Source: Fistulifera solaris (taxonomy: Eukaryota). Taken from it: 64,000 nt of DNA. The translations under genes and the position numbers were made by a program. The DNA lies in contig AP026155.1 of NCBI GenBank assembly GCA_030295235.1, forward strand, positions 1 to 64,000, written 5' to 3'. Under the pieces are notes generated by a model. It saw only the letters and a list, made by a program, of their open reading frames with translations, was not told where the DNA came from and made no database searches. Within the stretch, counting starts at the first letter, position 1; each line of letters begins with the position of its first letter. This document shows, piece by piece, positions 49,559-62,981 of this stretch.

Positions 49559-50765
49559 TCAACAAACACCAGGAGGTTCGTAGGTAGATCCTCGTTCCGG
49601 TAGTTCTAATGCTGCTTTGTTGTTACCGATGTCGCCACAAATAGGATCTGTTTCAAGCAGGTGACTGGCATTGTCATCACTTGTCCGATGTGGAGATCGC
49701 AAACGCATCTCCCGTGCGATTCCAAACCATACGACGGCGACGATTCCATTCAAATAGGATGCCGGTCCCAAATGACAGGTATGCTGTCGACAGATTGCCT
49801 CCGCATAGAAGGATAGTGTTGTCAATTGACAAAGACCCGCCATTATGGCTGCTCGTGAACTCCACATCCAAAGAGAGGGTCGCACGAGGCTACTTCCCAT
49901 CACCAGCGTCCACCAAAGTACCATTAGCGTCATGGTACCAAAGAAGAAGGCCAGAACATTCATAGTTCGAGCTACAAAAGGCGCTTGTTTAGCATACGAG
50001 CCGCTGTACGGGACGCAATATTCATAACTGAAGAAATGGTGAGACAGCATACGACATCGCAAAAATAGAGGCTTACAATGGCATCAAAAGTAGCACATAC
50101 CCATTGGATCCATTGTCCGCTGAACTATATTTGTAGAGACCAAAATGCATTTCCTTTTCCTTTTGCTGCACCGTCACATTTACTGAGGCGAAATAGCACG
50201 ATGTACCTACGACCGCGTTGCCCAACCAACCGACCAAGATTCCCACCATACCCAAGATCAACAATTGTGCGACGGGAAGAACGTCACGATTCGGAAATAC
50301 GAGCTGATGAGCGGGAAGCGCGACTGAAACTAGATCCGGAGGAGGAGGATTCACCGTCGTAGAAGAAGGGTCGATGTTCGTTGTTGCCGTTGTACTTGCT
50401 GTGGTAGCATTGGGATTCGCACAGCTTCTGGTACGGGCCTTGAACGTTTCCGCCCATTGATTGCTATTTTTGTTTGTTTGTGGATGATGTTGTATTTGTT
50501 CCCCTGCTAATTGCGGTAAGTGAACTCCTCCTTTTTCATTGTTATTGCGTGTCAATTGTTCTTGTTCAAATGGTACAGGTGGTGGTGGGTCGGAAGCATT
50601 TGCAGTTTTATTTGTTGCGTCAGTTATAGCGTTCATGACCGTCTGAGTTTTTTCCTGAGCATCATCATCGATCTTCTCCCTTGTACTGTTATCCATTGGG
50701 GTCTTTGTTTCCTGTAGAATCGGCGCTACGTAATGATTTTCATGATCCTTTGGTGCTTCACTCAT
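49559..50765 (-). CDS. Hypothetical 4-TM (claudin-like topology) membrane protein, one intron ~50100-50028
   Basis: TM helix, HFGLYKY loop, Cys pairs and three further hydrophobic helices across two ORFs. Confidence 0.6.
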
Positions 50766-51478
50766 TGTTCTTAATGATGTTTCAATCGATCATGAACCAT
50801 GAGTGAGTGAGAAGGTAAGCTCGTAGAAAGTATTGCAGTTTGATTATGGTTGCATCGACTGATTGCGGCGATGTTGTTTGTCAATCAATAATATTATTAC
50901 AATATTTGTTTTTGTTTGCGAAAGGATGAATGATCGATCAAAGATGATCAAAGATGATGAATGATGATCAAAAATTAATGTACACTACAAGATGTGGTTG
51001 CATGTGAAATCCGTAATGTTGTTGAAAACGGTGTGGCATTTGGAATTGCGTATGTTTGTATTTGCAAAGTACCTCCTACAGGCTACAAGCTACAAGCACA
51101 GTCAGTCAGTCATTCGGCAGATTTTCGTCCGTGTGATAGGGGTTCGGGCACGTGTCCTTTGTCCGTTTCGAGGAAGGTCATGATAAATAGAGAACGTAAA
51201 TGAAATTCAACCGAAAGTGGAGCAAAGGCTAGGGCTTGCCGCCAAGAGAGAATAGTCTAATGATTACTCCGTATTTAGACTGCAAGGCCGGGAACGCTGG
51301 CAAAAAGCTACCTACTGTACCGAAAGGCGTAGCCCGGTGTACATTGTTATGAGAATGGGCAAGAGCTAGCGCTCGAGAAGTGGCCTGAGCATGCTACATT
51401 CGTTACGAAACAGGGATCATCATCATTCATCCGGAGTTTAAAATCTCAATTAAAATTCCTATTATGTTTCTCCGTCCC

Positions 51479-52971
51479 TCATGGAATCTGGTACACGTTT
51501 TCAATGACTCCACTCTTCATCAGCACAGCTCCATCTTTCGGTTCATCGGATTTGCGACGAGAGCTACTATAGCTGAAACGACAATTGTACAAGCGAGAAT
51601 TATCCTTGGTGCGTGTCATCTCAATACCGCCACTGATACGGGTTGTTTCTCCTTTCATGGTAGGAATACTGCTCAAAAAGTAAAACGTCTGCTGTCCCCA
51701 ATGCGTATAGCCATTTTCAGGTCCCGTCGATAGGAATGCGGGGTGATGCAATTTCGGTGCATCTACTCCGCCGTGATCGGTACGACTACAAAAGTCGGCC
51801 GTGAACCATCCCGAGAAACCACTTACTGGACCCTGCACTTTGCTTCCTTCGATTTCAAAATCAAACGAGGATTCCGGGTCGGACGCAAACAATCCTTTGG
51901 CTTGTTGCAACGTACAAGTCATCATATCGTATCGTTTGATGACGGCCGGTTCTGCCAGAACAGCTTCCGGTGGCAGTTCTGTCCACCGACTAGAAAGCAT
52001 ATAATATTCTTTTTGTTCTCGTTCGTAGTCGGGTGCCAAAATCGACATGTCGACGCCATACATGGTGTTGGTAGTCTGTTCAAAGTCATTCCAGTCAGCC
52101 ATGGCATTTGAGAAATCAGTGGCAGCGTGCTTGCGTTCTTCTTCATCGGTAATTGGAGCCAAGAGCAAAGTCGTATGTGATGGAAACATTAAACCTGTCT
52201 TTTGTTTGAGGAATCGATCACGGGCGTGAATGACACTGTCCATCATACTTTCGCGCAGCAACATGTATCCCATCCTTTTGAGGTAAAGTGAGTCAACTGC
52301 ATAAGAAATTGGAAAGGATTTAAAAACTTGTAGTAGCAACAAACATACCATTCGGAAATAATGATATCGACACATCGCTCGGTCCCATCCTCTTCTACAA
52401 GCAATCGATCAGACTCAATGGGCAATTTCACATCTTCGACCGCTGTCTGCAATACCGTGACAATATGATCAACGCCATTCGCTTTCATAACCTTTTCCGC
52501 ATGTTTGGCCATGTCGGTGTATTCAATTGCGTAGACTTTACGGGCACCGGCTTGTGCTGCCCACACGGAGAGAATACCTGATCCAGTGCCAATGTCCATG
52601 ACGACCTTGTCACGAAAGACGTCTTGATTTCCCAAAATAGCACTGTGATAGGCCGCCACTGGTTAGCAAGTAAGAAGCAAGTAAGAAGCGAGACCGGTGA
52701 ACTATACGAGTGAGCAAATCAGATGGTCAAAAAGAGGAAGAAAATTACTCGCAGACTTACTTCTTTGATGATCCGATAACATGGATTTCTGATGATATAT
52801 TTGCGAGTAAGCACCTGCAAGTAGATAAAGAAATTCTTTGAAGGTAAGACTGTCATTCCTTCCAAGAACATTAACTCCCCCTTCTCTTTACTTACAGAAA
52901 TAATTGGCAAAATCGGTCGCCTTGGCTTTTTCGTCGCCGTTGAAACTCGGAATTTCTCCTTGAGCATTCAT
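51479..52971 (-). CDS. Protein arginine N-methyltransferase (type I, PRMT10/PRMT1-like), three introns
   Basis: DFANYF..YSQIYHQKSMLSD, VMDIGTGSGILS, DIIISEW|MGYMLLRESM and THWGQ motifs. Confidence 0.92.
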
Positions 52972-53495
52972 ATTGGGAAAATTTGTTTTCTCAGACACAG
53001 ACGACATGATTCTGGAGATGATTTGTTTTTTTGTTTGTTTGTTTGTTTGATTGTTTATAATATGTTAAAGCGTATAGCCTCTAGCGTTGATTACAATGCA
53101 TTCGATAGGAAGCGCATAAGAAGAAGAAGAAACGCAACAACAAAAGAAAAAAGATCGTCGGAATCTATTGGATGGACCGTGCGCAGCGGACGATGACAGG
53201 CAACAGGCAGTACCAGTACCGGTACAGCTCTAATGTTGTACTACTGCCCCTGGTGTACCTTTAACGATACCACGATTGCAATTCTCTCATGAGTCATGAA
53301 TCATCATCATTCATCAAAATACAAAGCATAATACGGAATACGGAGTACGATTTACTCCGGCCTACACTGTTGCCTCAACGATACCGGGACTACATTTCAG
53401 TCATGAATCATACGCAAATAAGCGCACGTTAATTCTCTCTCTGTAAGCAGGTATTGCTAATCGATAATTGCTGTTCTTTTATTCCAACAAATACA

Positions 53496-54298
53496 ATGAG
53501 ACGAACTATAGTCAGTTCTATCGTCAACTCTTCAAGATATATGAGGAGAAAACGAGCCGTGAGTCGCTTCTTTGCGACACAAAACGAACCTTTTACGGCA
53601 GTCCTCGACCGCCGCGCCAGCAATACTCACCATCACGTCTTACACTCGCTTGGGAATACGCCTGTGCGGCGTTTCAAGATCCGACTCGTGCAGATGCGGT
53701 TGCCGCCGTAGGAGAATTGACAGGAACGTTTGCACTTGATCGTTTAGTACAAGTCATGCGAAAAGAAGCTCCACTCTTACTCCAGGAACGTCCCATTGTT
53801 TCGAAACAGACGCTTCCCTACGAGCAACTTTTGAAAGATGCCGTCGATCCTACGACCACAGAAGTCACTTTCGGACAAGCTTACGGCTATTTTTTGAAAC
53901 AGCACGGCTTTGATCCGGACGAACGCGATCCCATTCGTTATCTCGAACCCGATTCCGATGCCGCCTACGTCATGTTGCGGTATCGACAATGTCATGATTT
54001 CTTTCATACACTGACCGGATTGCCTCCAACTGTACCGGGAGAGCTGGGGTTAAAATGGCTGGAATTGTTTCAGACGGAGTTGCCGTTGGCTGCGGTGGCG
54101 TGTACGGCGGGGTCTTTGCGATTAGAGCGTCCGGAAGAACTGCAACTAGTGTGGGAACAATATTTGCCGTGGGCCGTCCGCGTGCATCAAAATATGAAAT
54201 TCGGGCATTTACTGTGCGTGTATTACGAAAAGGAATGGGATACACCGTTGGAAGAGTTGCGACAGCGGCTGGGCATTGAGCCGGCTCCTCAAATGTGA
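53496..54298 (+). CDS. COQ4: Ubiquinone biosynthesis protein COQ4 (frameshift after the mitochondrial presequence)
   Basis: DPTRADAVAAVGELTG, RYRQCHDFFHTLTG (HDxxH) and GELGLKWLE motifs. Confidence 0.92.
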
Positions 54299-54537
54299 AC
54301 GGCTTGCTATGATTTTAAGATAGACTGACTGAAACCTTCTACATACAGTCTTACAACGATGGCATCACGTTGCATTCGAATGCGGTATTTGAGCAAGGAA
54401 ACAGAGGAAAGTACTCGATATGAAAAACACAGGGACTACTAACATAAACTTATAACATGTGACATATTTATAAAGTGACTCATCAAAAAGTGACAAAAAT
54501 AGTTGGCGGATCTGGATGGGTCGTCTGTGTAACTAGA

Positions 54538-56460
54538 CTAGCTATTCAAGTCTTTCGAACTGGCGGCGGCGATTCTTCGAAAACTTTCACTTGTAACAGA
54601 GGCTTTTCGAATACCTTCGCCTGAACCCGGAGCCCGACGAATATTCTCGCTTGTGCCCGATGTCCGTCGAATATTCTCACTGATGCCCGATGCTATTCGA
54701 AGACCCTCACCGCTTCCCGATTTTCTTCTAGCATTCTCACCCGACACCTTCCGAGAACTGGTACCCGATGGAAACAAAGTGCGCAGACTCACTTTCTGAG
54801 AAGTAGCCGACTTTCGGAAGGATCGCCATGAGTTTTGGCGCAAAAACTTGGTGCGATCTGTTACCAACGTCTCGTCTTCTTTACCCGTCTTTTGCCATTT
54901 CCACAGCTCTTGCTGTAGTTTGCGACTAATTATCGGAAACGGGGGACGCTTTCTCCAGTCATGTGCCCAACTCTCGCACATGAGCGTCTGTAATGAATCT
55001 GGTAGCAAGTGAGTTAATTTCGGGGGACGCTGTTGCTTGTGAATGATGCCATCGGTGAACTGCTTGAGCGTGCGGTAATGGCTAAAGGGCTTCTCTAGGG
55101 AGAAGACTTCCCAAAACACGAGTCCGAACGAGTATACGTCGACACTCAAACCATACGGTTCACACATGACTACCTCCGGAGCCATATAACGTCGGCTCCC
55201 CGTCAAACCTGTAGCATTCTGGTAGATCTCTACATCCCCCAACTTGTCGTTCTCGTCAAATTCCTTCGCTAAACCAAAATCAAAATTTGAATCGTCCCTC
55301 GGACGTTGAACCCGATGTTGTCTTTTCCGTGAATGCGTAGCGCGGAACAAGAAAGCGAGCGTAAGAGGCATAAAACAAGAGAGAATGACACCAGACCAAT
55401 GGCAGTTCTTGCTGAGCAAGCAAAGTCACTTACCTGGTTTCAAGTCTCTGTAAACGACAGAATGGTTGTGAATGTGACAGAGTGCTCGTGCGATATCCAG
55501 GCAAATTACCAAACGTTCTCGAAATAGCACCGTGTCCACCGGCGGCTGTTTACACGAACAACTACTTCCGTAGAGCTGAGAATAGGGCCCATATTCATCG
55601 GCCCACGAAGAAATCTTTTCTTGCAAAGTGCAGGTCAATCGATCGAGGAACAAACCGTAGTCAGGCGATCCTGGACTACCCACAGTGGCACGCAACCGAA
55701 TGATATTGGTGTGGTGCAATGCACGGAGAAAGAGAGCCTCACTGGCTAGATCTATAATAGCCATTTTACGCTTGTTTTTCCCAATATCCGGTTTCACCGC
55801 TTTGAGTGCATAGCGCGGCTGACCATCGCGACGTGTACTAGCAGCTAGATTGGATCGACTTAACTGACGAGGTATATCTTCCAGCTTGACGAACTCATCA
55901 TCCTCCGTGTCTTCCAAGTCATCTTCACAAAATGTAGCTTCGGTGAAGTCCGGCAACGACGACGCCGACACCTCGAAACTACTCAACATCGCGTTGGTGA
56001 ATATCACCGAGCTCGTGGCGAAAGATTTCTCAAACTGCCCCTCGTGTCGAAAGGGTTTAATTTCAGGTAAAGCTTCAAAATCAATAATATGATGATGCCC
56101 AGGGCTGCTCGACATGTCAAACTGATCTATTTTGCAGTGTGAACCGTGAGCTGCTGCAGCAGCATTCCGCATGAGACTACTAATGCTTTCATTGCCATTG
56201 TGCAACATATTGATCGATTCAACCAAACATACCAAGCCGAACTCGCCTGAACCGAGGACCTCTCCGATTTGAATTTCTGCCGGGTTGAGACTCGGAACAG
56301 CCGGTAGTTTTTGAAAAAGCTTGGAGTTTTCGGTTACCTGAAGTAGGTATCTTCGCGTTGTTTCCATGAGCTCCTTCTCTGGATCTCTTCCACTGCTGGG
56401 ATTGGGAAGCAAGTCATCACGGCTGAGATGAATCGAATCTTCTTCGGCAACAGTTTCCAT
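54538..56460 (-). CDS. Protein kinase (TKL-like, diatom-type family); intron ~55432-55322
   Basis: LGSGEFGLV, YALK, DLASEALFL, YRDLKP|DNIGF, DFG and GSRRYMAPE; T-run frameshift at ~55284. Confidence 0.9.
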
Positions 56461-57225
56461 CGCGATTGAGAATTGTGGACAATAAGATCTGCTTGATAAA
56501 GAGCGGCGATAATGACAAAACAGCAGTGGATAAATTCAGGTGAGAAATGAGAACGCGCCCTCCAAGTTCCTCCAATGAAACGAGAAGATTGGAATGCAAG
56601 CAGCAAGTGAAGATCCAGAAGCAATTCTGACTTCTGACCTATCTAATAAACCAGCTTCACCTGACACTGCACAATGCATACAGGCACGCGAGACATAAAG
56701 TTTCTGAAGCTGCTCAGCGCTCAGCGCTCGGCATTTATTTGGTAATATCGGCATCCCGAGTTTTGCATAATGCTGACAGCTTTCCACCATCGCTTTTGGT
56801 GACATCCTGCCATCTAAGAAGTTCCGCATCGCAACGCTTTGGGCACTTTTTAATTAGAGCAAATTCGAGTCTTATAAAGCGTGACGCGAATTCATTGCTA
56901 CGGGGCTAAATGATCAAAATTTAGCGGCTTTAGGGGCATAATCCAAGGTGCAGATATGTCCTACATGCGGTTATAGAGTAAATTTACATTGTGTGACAAT
57001 CGGATGCATGGAACACGGAATAATCTGATTCAAATTTGGCAAAGAAAAACAGAAGACGTAGCGCGTCTGTCCGTGTATCAGCGAACCAGGTGTAATAGGC
57101 AATAGGAAATGTTTTCCGCTCAACAGAGAGCGCATGATAACGCCTTCGAAAGTTTTATCGAGTGAGTTGTCATTGATACAATTATTTTGTAATAAATATT
57201 TCGAGCATTATATTACTACTTCGTC

Positions 57226-58425
57226 ATGTTCATAATAGGTCAACGCGTTGCTTCGGTTGCATCGCGAAGACTTCTCGCCGCGAGACCTTCCGTCGTCAAG
57301 CACGTAAAAAAAGCCTTCGGAACAACACAAGTAGCACAAGTTGTAAGCGAACGACCTCGTGGTGCTTTTTGGTTTCGACAACAACAAGAACTCGAGGAAT
57401 TAGAAAGAAATCTTCACAAATCACTTGAAGAATATCAAAGCTTGCTGTCAAAGCGCGACAATATTGCAGTCGGCAACGAATCCGATATCCTGATTGACGC
57501 CCTACACAAAATTGCTAGTTGCTACGAAGAATTGGAATACTGGGACAAAGCATTGCGAATCGAAGAGGAGATACGAAAGCACATATTGAATAATAAAAAA
57601 TCATCAGCAATAACAAGCCATGCAGAACTGGCAGCCAGTGCTTATCGGATAGGCAAGTTACATCATCGGCAAGAAAAATGGCAACTCGCCCACCGCTATT
57701 ACGACGAAGCATTGGAGTTGCATACGGACCAAGTGAAACGAGGGCTAGTTTACATTTCGATCGCTGGTATCCATTTTCATCGTGGTAATTATCAGAAAGC
57801 GTTGCAAACATTGCAGGAGCAAGCGGCACCGTGCTTCCCCACTTACGATATGGGTCTTTTCAAGTGTATGCAACACGAAGGACTGATTCATCGTACACTA
57901 GAAGATTTTGAAGCGGCGCTAAATTGTTATAAAAAAGCATCCGAGATTCTTGAATTTCAAGAGAGCATTGATGAAACTATAAAACGGGAGTTGGACCTGG
58001 ACACTGCAGACATGTTGACAGCCTGTGACAATTTGGATAAGGCTCTGGGCTTGTATGTCGATATCCTCGAGCGCACGCGCATTCGCAACGACTTTGATGA
58101 TGAAGAGAGTAAGCCATTTGAGGCTGTCATTGTTCATAACATAGGAAAGATATACGCCCGGAAGGGTGACATGGAGGATGCTGTAGAAAACTTAAGTCGT
58201 GCAGTGGAGTTAAGGGAACACTGGCTTGGAGAGTTTCACCCCGAACTCGGAAAGACGCTTTCAGCACTGGGTGCCGTCTACGGCGTCATGAAAGAAAAAC
58301 AAAAAGCACTTCAGTGCTTCCAAAAAGCTTTGTTGATAACCAGAATGCACGCCGATGACGAGGACGACCCAGACGTCTTCATGGCACTTCGAAATATTAG
58401 CGTGTTAAAAGGCGAAATCACTTGA
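57226..58425 (+). CDS. TPR-repeat protein, probable mitochondrial presequence
   Basis: Repeated TPR helices (HNIGKIY..A, LSALGAVY..ALQCFQKAL); Arg-rich N-terminus. Confidence 0.85.
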   Translation: MFIIGQRVASVASRRLLAARPSVVKHVKKAFGTTQVAQVVSERPRGAFWFRQQQELEELERNLHKSLEEYQSLLSKRDNIAVGNESDILIDALHKIASCYEELEYWDKALRIEEEIRKHILNNKKSSAITSHAELAASAYRIGKLHHRQEKWQLAHRYYDEALELHTDQVKRGLVYISIAGIHFHRGNYQKALQTLQEQAAPCFPTYDMGLFKCMQHEGLIHRTLEDFEAALNCYKKASEILEFQESIDETIKRELDLDTADMLTACDNLDKALGLYVDILERTRIRNDFDDEESKPFEAVIVHNIGKIYARKGDMEDAVENLSRAVELREHWLGEFHPELGKTLSALGAVYGVMKEKQKALQCFQKALLITRMHADDEDDPDVFMALRNISVLKGEIT

Positions 58426-58598
58426 GACAAAGCAAACGAATAAAGAGATGACACGTCGAGACTGGCGGACTATGCGGACAACTTCAAATTGTTGCGACGT
58501 AAAGCTGATGACTTTTCCTTTATAGAAGATTATCGGATAGTTGCATTCAAAGACACTGGTGAACGATGCACAACATATAAAATTGAATCCAGCACTCT

Positions 58599-61500
58599 TT
58601 AGCGCTTGTTCTCGATCAAATTGAGATGAGTCTTGGGCAGAGGGCCCTGATTAGAAGCATTGTGTGCATCAGGAGTGGCATCGAAACGAGCGTCATACTT
58701 CATGTCATCAGTGTCTTCACCCAAGCTTGACAGGTAGCGGCGAACCGATTTCTCTGTCTCCATGATAATCAAAACAGCCACCATGAAGATAGCAACAATT
58801 CCCCACTGCATACTATCCATAGGAGCCATTTCGAAAATAATCTCATTTACTCCAGGAGTGTACGTGATGAACACTTGCAGAATAGTCATAATAGCGTATG
58901 AATACCACGCGAGAGGGTTTCCCGACAAAGATCGCGTGTGGAAGGAACTGTTGTAGGCGAAACGAGCACTGATTGTGATCGCAACAGCTCCGAAAGACAA
59001 AGTGTTCAAGGCTTGCGAGTGGAAATCGTCTTCGGTGTAGCCTCCCAAAGCCTTGAGCCAGAAAACGGAACCAACGGTCGACGTAACCAATGCGACTGTA
59101 CCAATGGCGATACGAAGAAGAAGGAACCGACCAATGAGGCGTTTGCCAACACGGCGAGGAGGCTTCGTCATGATCCCGTCTTCTGCGGGCTCGACAGCGG
59201 CAACAAAGCCAAGCGTGACCGCACAAATCAAGTTGCAATAGAGCACCTGAATCGGAGTTAGGGGACTCTGCTCCAAACCACAGATGATACCAAATAGAAC
59301 TGAGAGACCCTGGGCGTTGTTAATAGGAGTATTGATCATCAAAACCTTGCGGAGATTGTCCCAGACGACACGTCCTTCACGGACAGCAGTAACAATAGTT
59401 GCAAAGTTGTCATCGGCAAGAATCATTTCGGAAGCCTCACGAGCTACATCTGTACCTTCCTTACCCATTGCAACACCCACTGAAAAGAGGGACGTTTGTT
59501 AGCTTTGCCATGTGCAAACATTGATTAATAGAACGTGACGGCTGAGTTACTTACTGTCAGCAGCCTTCAATGCCGGAGCGTCGTTCACCCCATCTCCGGT
59601 CATACTGCAAACCTCACCCTGAGCCTGAAGCGCTTTGACGATTTGAATCTTGTTTTCAGGTGAAGCTCGGGCGAACACATTGTACTTCATGACAGCCAGT
59701 TTCATCTCCTCTTCGCTCAAGACGTCGATTTCAGGACCAGTGATAGCGTCCGAATGCTTCTCATCAACAATCCCCAACTGAGTACCTATAGCAAGAGCCG
59801 TATCCTTGTGGTCACCGGTAATCATGGCAACTCGCACACCGGCAGTGTGGGCAGTGGCAATGGCGTCGATACACTCGGGACGAGGAGGATCTTGAATAGC
59901 GCAAACACCCATGATGGTGAGCCAAGGCTCGTCGCGCCCGCTGACCCACTCCGGCTTCAACTGATCGCCCTTACTGACGGAATCCTTTTCAACAGGACCA
60001 CGGCAGAGTGCCAAACATCGGAGACCATGGGAAGAAAGAATTGCAATCTGCTCGGTCCAGTACTTCAGATCAATGGGTTCCTTTTTCACCCAAAAGGCCA
60101 GCCTTGGCCTGGTACTTGCAGAATCGGATCAAACGATCAGGTGCACCCTTAACGTGAGCAACATATTTGCCATCGAATTCACTTCCGTCATTTTCCGCGC
60201 GGGGCTCGTGGACAGTTGCCATGAACTTGTACTCGGAGTTGAAAGGGACCTCGGCCAAGATTGGGGCATCGCGTTTCATGCCAGTGACATCAATATCCGA
60301 AAAGTAGGAAGCACGGAGAATCGAAAGTTCAGTCGGGTTCCCAATCTCACCTTAAAACAAATAATGAGTGGTATAATACGTGCTAAAGGATCAGGTGCAC
60401 GATAGCAAGCCCAAGTCAACTTACCTTCGCGACCACCATCCTTTCCGAGACTGCATTTACTGCAGAGAACACCTCCAGCCAAAGCATTGCGAATGAAGTT
60501 CAAAGACGGTGATTCTCCATTGCTGACGGGAGTAGGATCCGAAACCTTGTTGGCGGCACCACTTTGATCCGGCAAATCTTCGCCCTGCGAAAATTCCGAG
60601 TGTCCAGAAGCACCGTGCATGGAAAAGCCAAAGTCCGACTTGCCACGGTCGCCGTTGGCGCGAGACGCACTGGGTCCCGACTGAATGACGGACTTGGCGG
60701 ACTTCTTCAAAGCATGGGCGGCACGTTCTGCCAAATAGGAGTCCTCGCGACGAAAGTTGACAGCGGAGCGCTTCTTGCTATCAACATCAAACTTGTAGTG
60801 GGCGTTCGACGTGACGTAAGCAACGAGCGACATTTCGTTCTTGGTGAGCGTACCCGTCTTGTCGGAGCAAATGGTAGTAACGGATCCGAGCGTTTCGACG
60901 GAAGGAAGAACACGGATGATGGCATTGTGCTTGGCCATGGTAGCCACAGACCACGAGTAAGTCATGGTGACGATGGCGTCAAGACCTTCGGGGATCATGG
61001 CAACAGCGCAAGTAAGAGCAATGGTAAGAGCGTCCATGTAACTTGCATCAATCTGAACTACGGCGACCGTCCAGGTAATAATGGCAACAATGGAAATGAA
61101 AGTAGCGAGAACCTTGGCAATGAACGCAATCTGTTCCAACACCGCCGTCTTCTTGTCTTCCGAGTTGTTGACGAGCTTGTTGATGGTACCAATCTCGGTG
61201 TAGTCACCCGTAGCCGCTACAATACCGACAGCATATCCTTGCGACACAAGAGTAGCACTGAAGCACATGTTCTTGCGGTCACCGAGAGGCGTCTGACGGG
61301 GATCTTGTCCTGGGATGACAATGGCATCCGTCGACTTTTCAATGGGAACCGATTCACCCGTCAAAGCGGCTTCGAGAGAAGACAAGTTGTTGACTTCAAT
61401 CATGCGAATGTCACCGGGGACGCGATCACCCGTGTTCAAGATGACAATATCACCGGGGACGACTTCCTTGGCAGGCACTTTGGTTTCCTTACCGTCACGA

Positions 61501-62030
61501 ATGACGACGGCATCCGCGGAAAGCATGTTCTTGAGTGCTTCGGCAGCGGCCTCCGCCGATCCTTCTTGATAAATCCCGATGCACGTGTTGAGGCTGAGAG
61601 AAACAAAGAGGAAGAACATAGTCAGTTATTAGAGCCATAACAAGAGAGAGTGCAATATTGCAAATAGAACTTACGTGATGACAAAGGTAATGAGACCGAC
61701 TTCAATAAAGTTCGTCAACTTGTCTTCCGCTTTATCTGTGATGATTCCCTTGATGAGAGAAACGACGAGAACAAAAACCAAGATTCCCACCAAAACGTTG
61801 CCGACCTGTTTCCAGATACGCTGCAATAAAGTCTTCTTTTCCTTCTCCGTGAGTTCGTTGTAGCCGTAACGTTCCAAGCGTTCTTGAGCTTCCTTGGTGG
61901 TCAAACCAGTTTGACGAATGTTGGCATTGACACCCAACTGCGCAAAGACTTCTTCTTTTGTCATGGCATGAAACTGTGGCTCATCCGAGCGATCCTTCTC
62001 TGCCGTTACATTTGCTTGTTTCGGCGGCAT
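58599..62030 (-). CDS. P-type (P2) cation-transporting ATPase, three introns
   Basis: [33 protein letters not shown] and [15 protein letters not shown] motifs; one A-run frameshift near 60085. Confidence 0.95.
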
Positions 62031-62165
62031 CTTGAAGAACGGTTGTCAATAGAATCAAAAAACGAATAGCGCAACGATATCTTTGGCGAAAGATGTCGTT
62101 CTTGAAAATATGAGAGAAAATCGAATGAATTTGCGATAGACGACGAACTCATGAAAATCGTTGCA

Positions 62166-62433
62166 ACGTCATAAAAAGCGTTTGTCAGTTTAACTGTCTC
62201 CTTTCAGAGATTCTTACGTCAGCAAACGTCACTCATTATGATGCGTCCCACGTAGACTTACGTAGGAAAAAAGTGTGAGAGATTAAGGTTAGGGATTCGG
62301 AAGCTGGATTTTCAGTGCTTACGTCACAAAATTCGATTGGAATTCCACAGCAACTTGAGGTTATTATGCTCCACCACAAACATAACCTGTAAGGATGAGG
62401 ATTCGGAAGCTGGATTCTTTTGTGCCTACGTCA
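62166..62433. promoter_or_regulatory. Cluster of five ACGTCA (TGACGT) bZIP-type elements upstream of the P-type ATPase
   Basis: ACGTCA at 62166, 62216, 62226, 62321 and 62428, all in the same orientation. Confidence 0.5.
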
Positions 62434-62981
62434 CACCTTGGGAGAAAAATTCCGGTAAACAACAGATTGTTTGAGACTAGAAAAATCGTATTGCCCTGGC
62501 CACATCATCAACAGTCGTCAAGGTGATGGTGGAACGACGTGTTGACACGTTGGAACCTTGGAGGATCACCAACCAGTTTCCATCAAGTGGCAACGAAAGA
62601 CAAGGCGGATAAATTCGTGAATCATCAATCGACCCGTGACGACTCTAGGGACATGAACGCCGTACGACCAATCTTTAACTACAGTTTGCTGTTAAAGGAA
62701 TAATTCAGTTTAAGCTGTCTGTATGAACGAAAAGCAGTGTGAGCAAGTCACTCAGAGCACTTTAGAGCAAAATCATAGTGGCTATGGTATTGCTTAAATT
62801 CCAAAAATTGCGAGGGCCAGATCACATTGTTCTGAAATCGATACTTCATTTCATTCCCCTCTCTTTCATTCGTTATCTTATTGTAAAAAAAGCCCGTGAG
62901 TGATTCATCATTGAATGAGATCATAATGTAAACTTTCCGATCAGTAAAGTTTTCAAGCATAGACCACAGACCACAGACTGC

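Noticed and set aside
60564..61640. 358-aa plus-strand ORF
   Set aside because: Antisense shadow of the codon-biased P-type ATPase gene.
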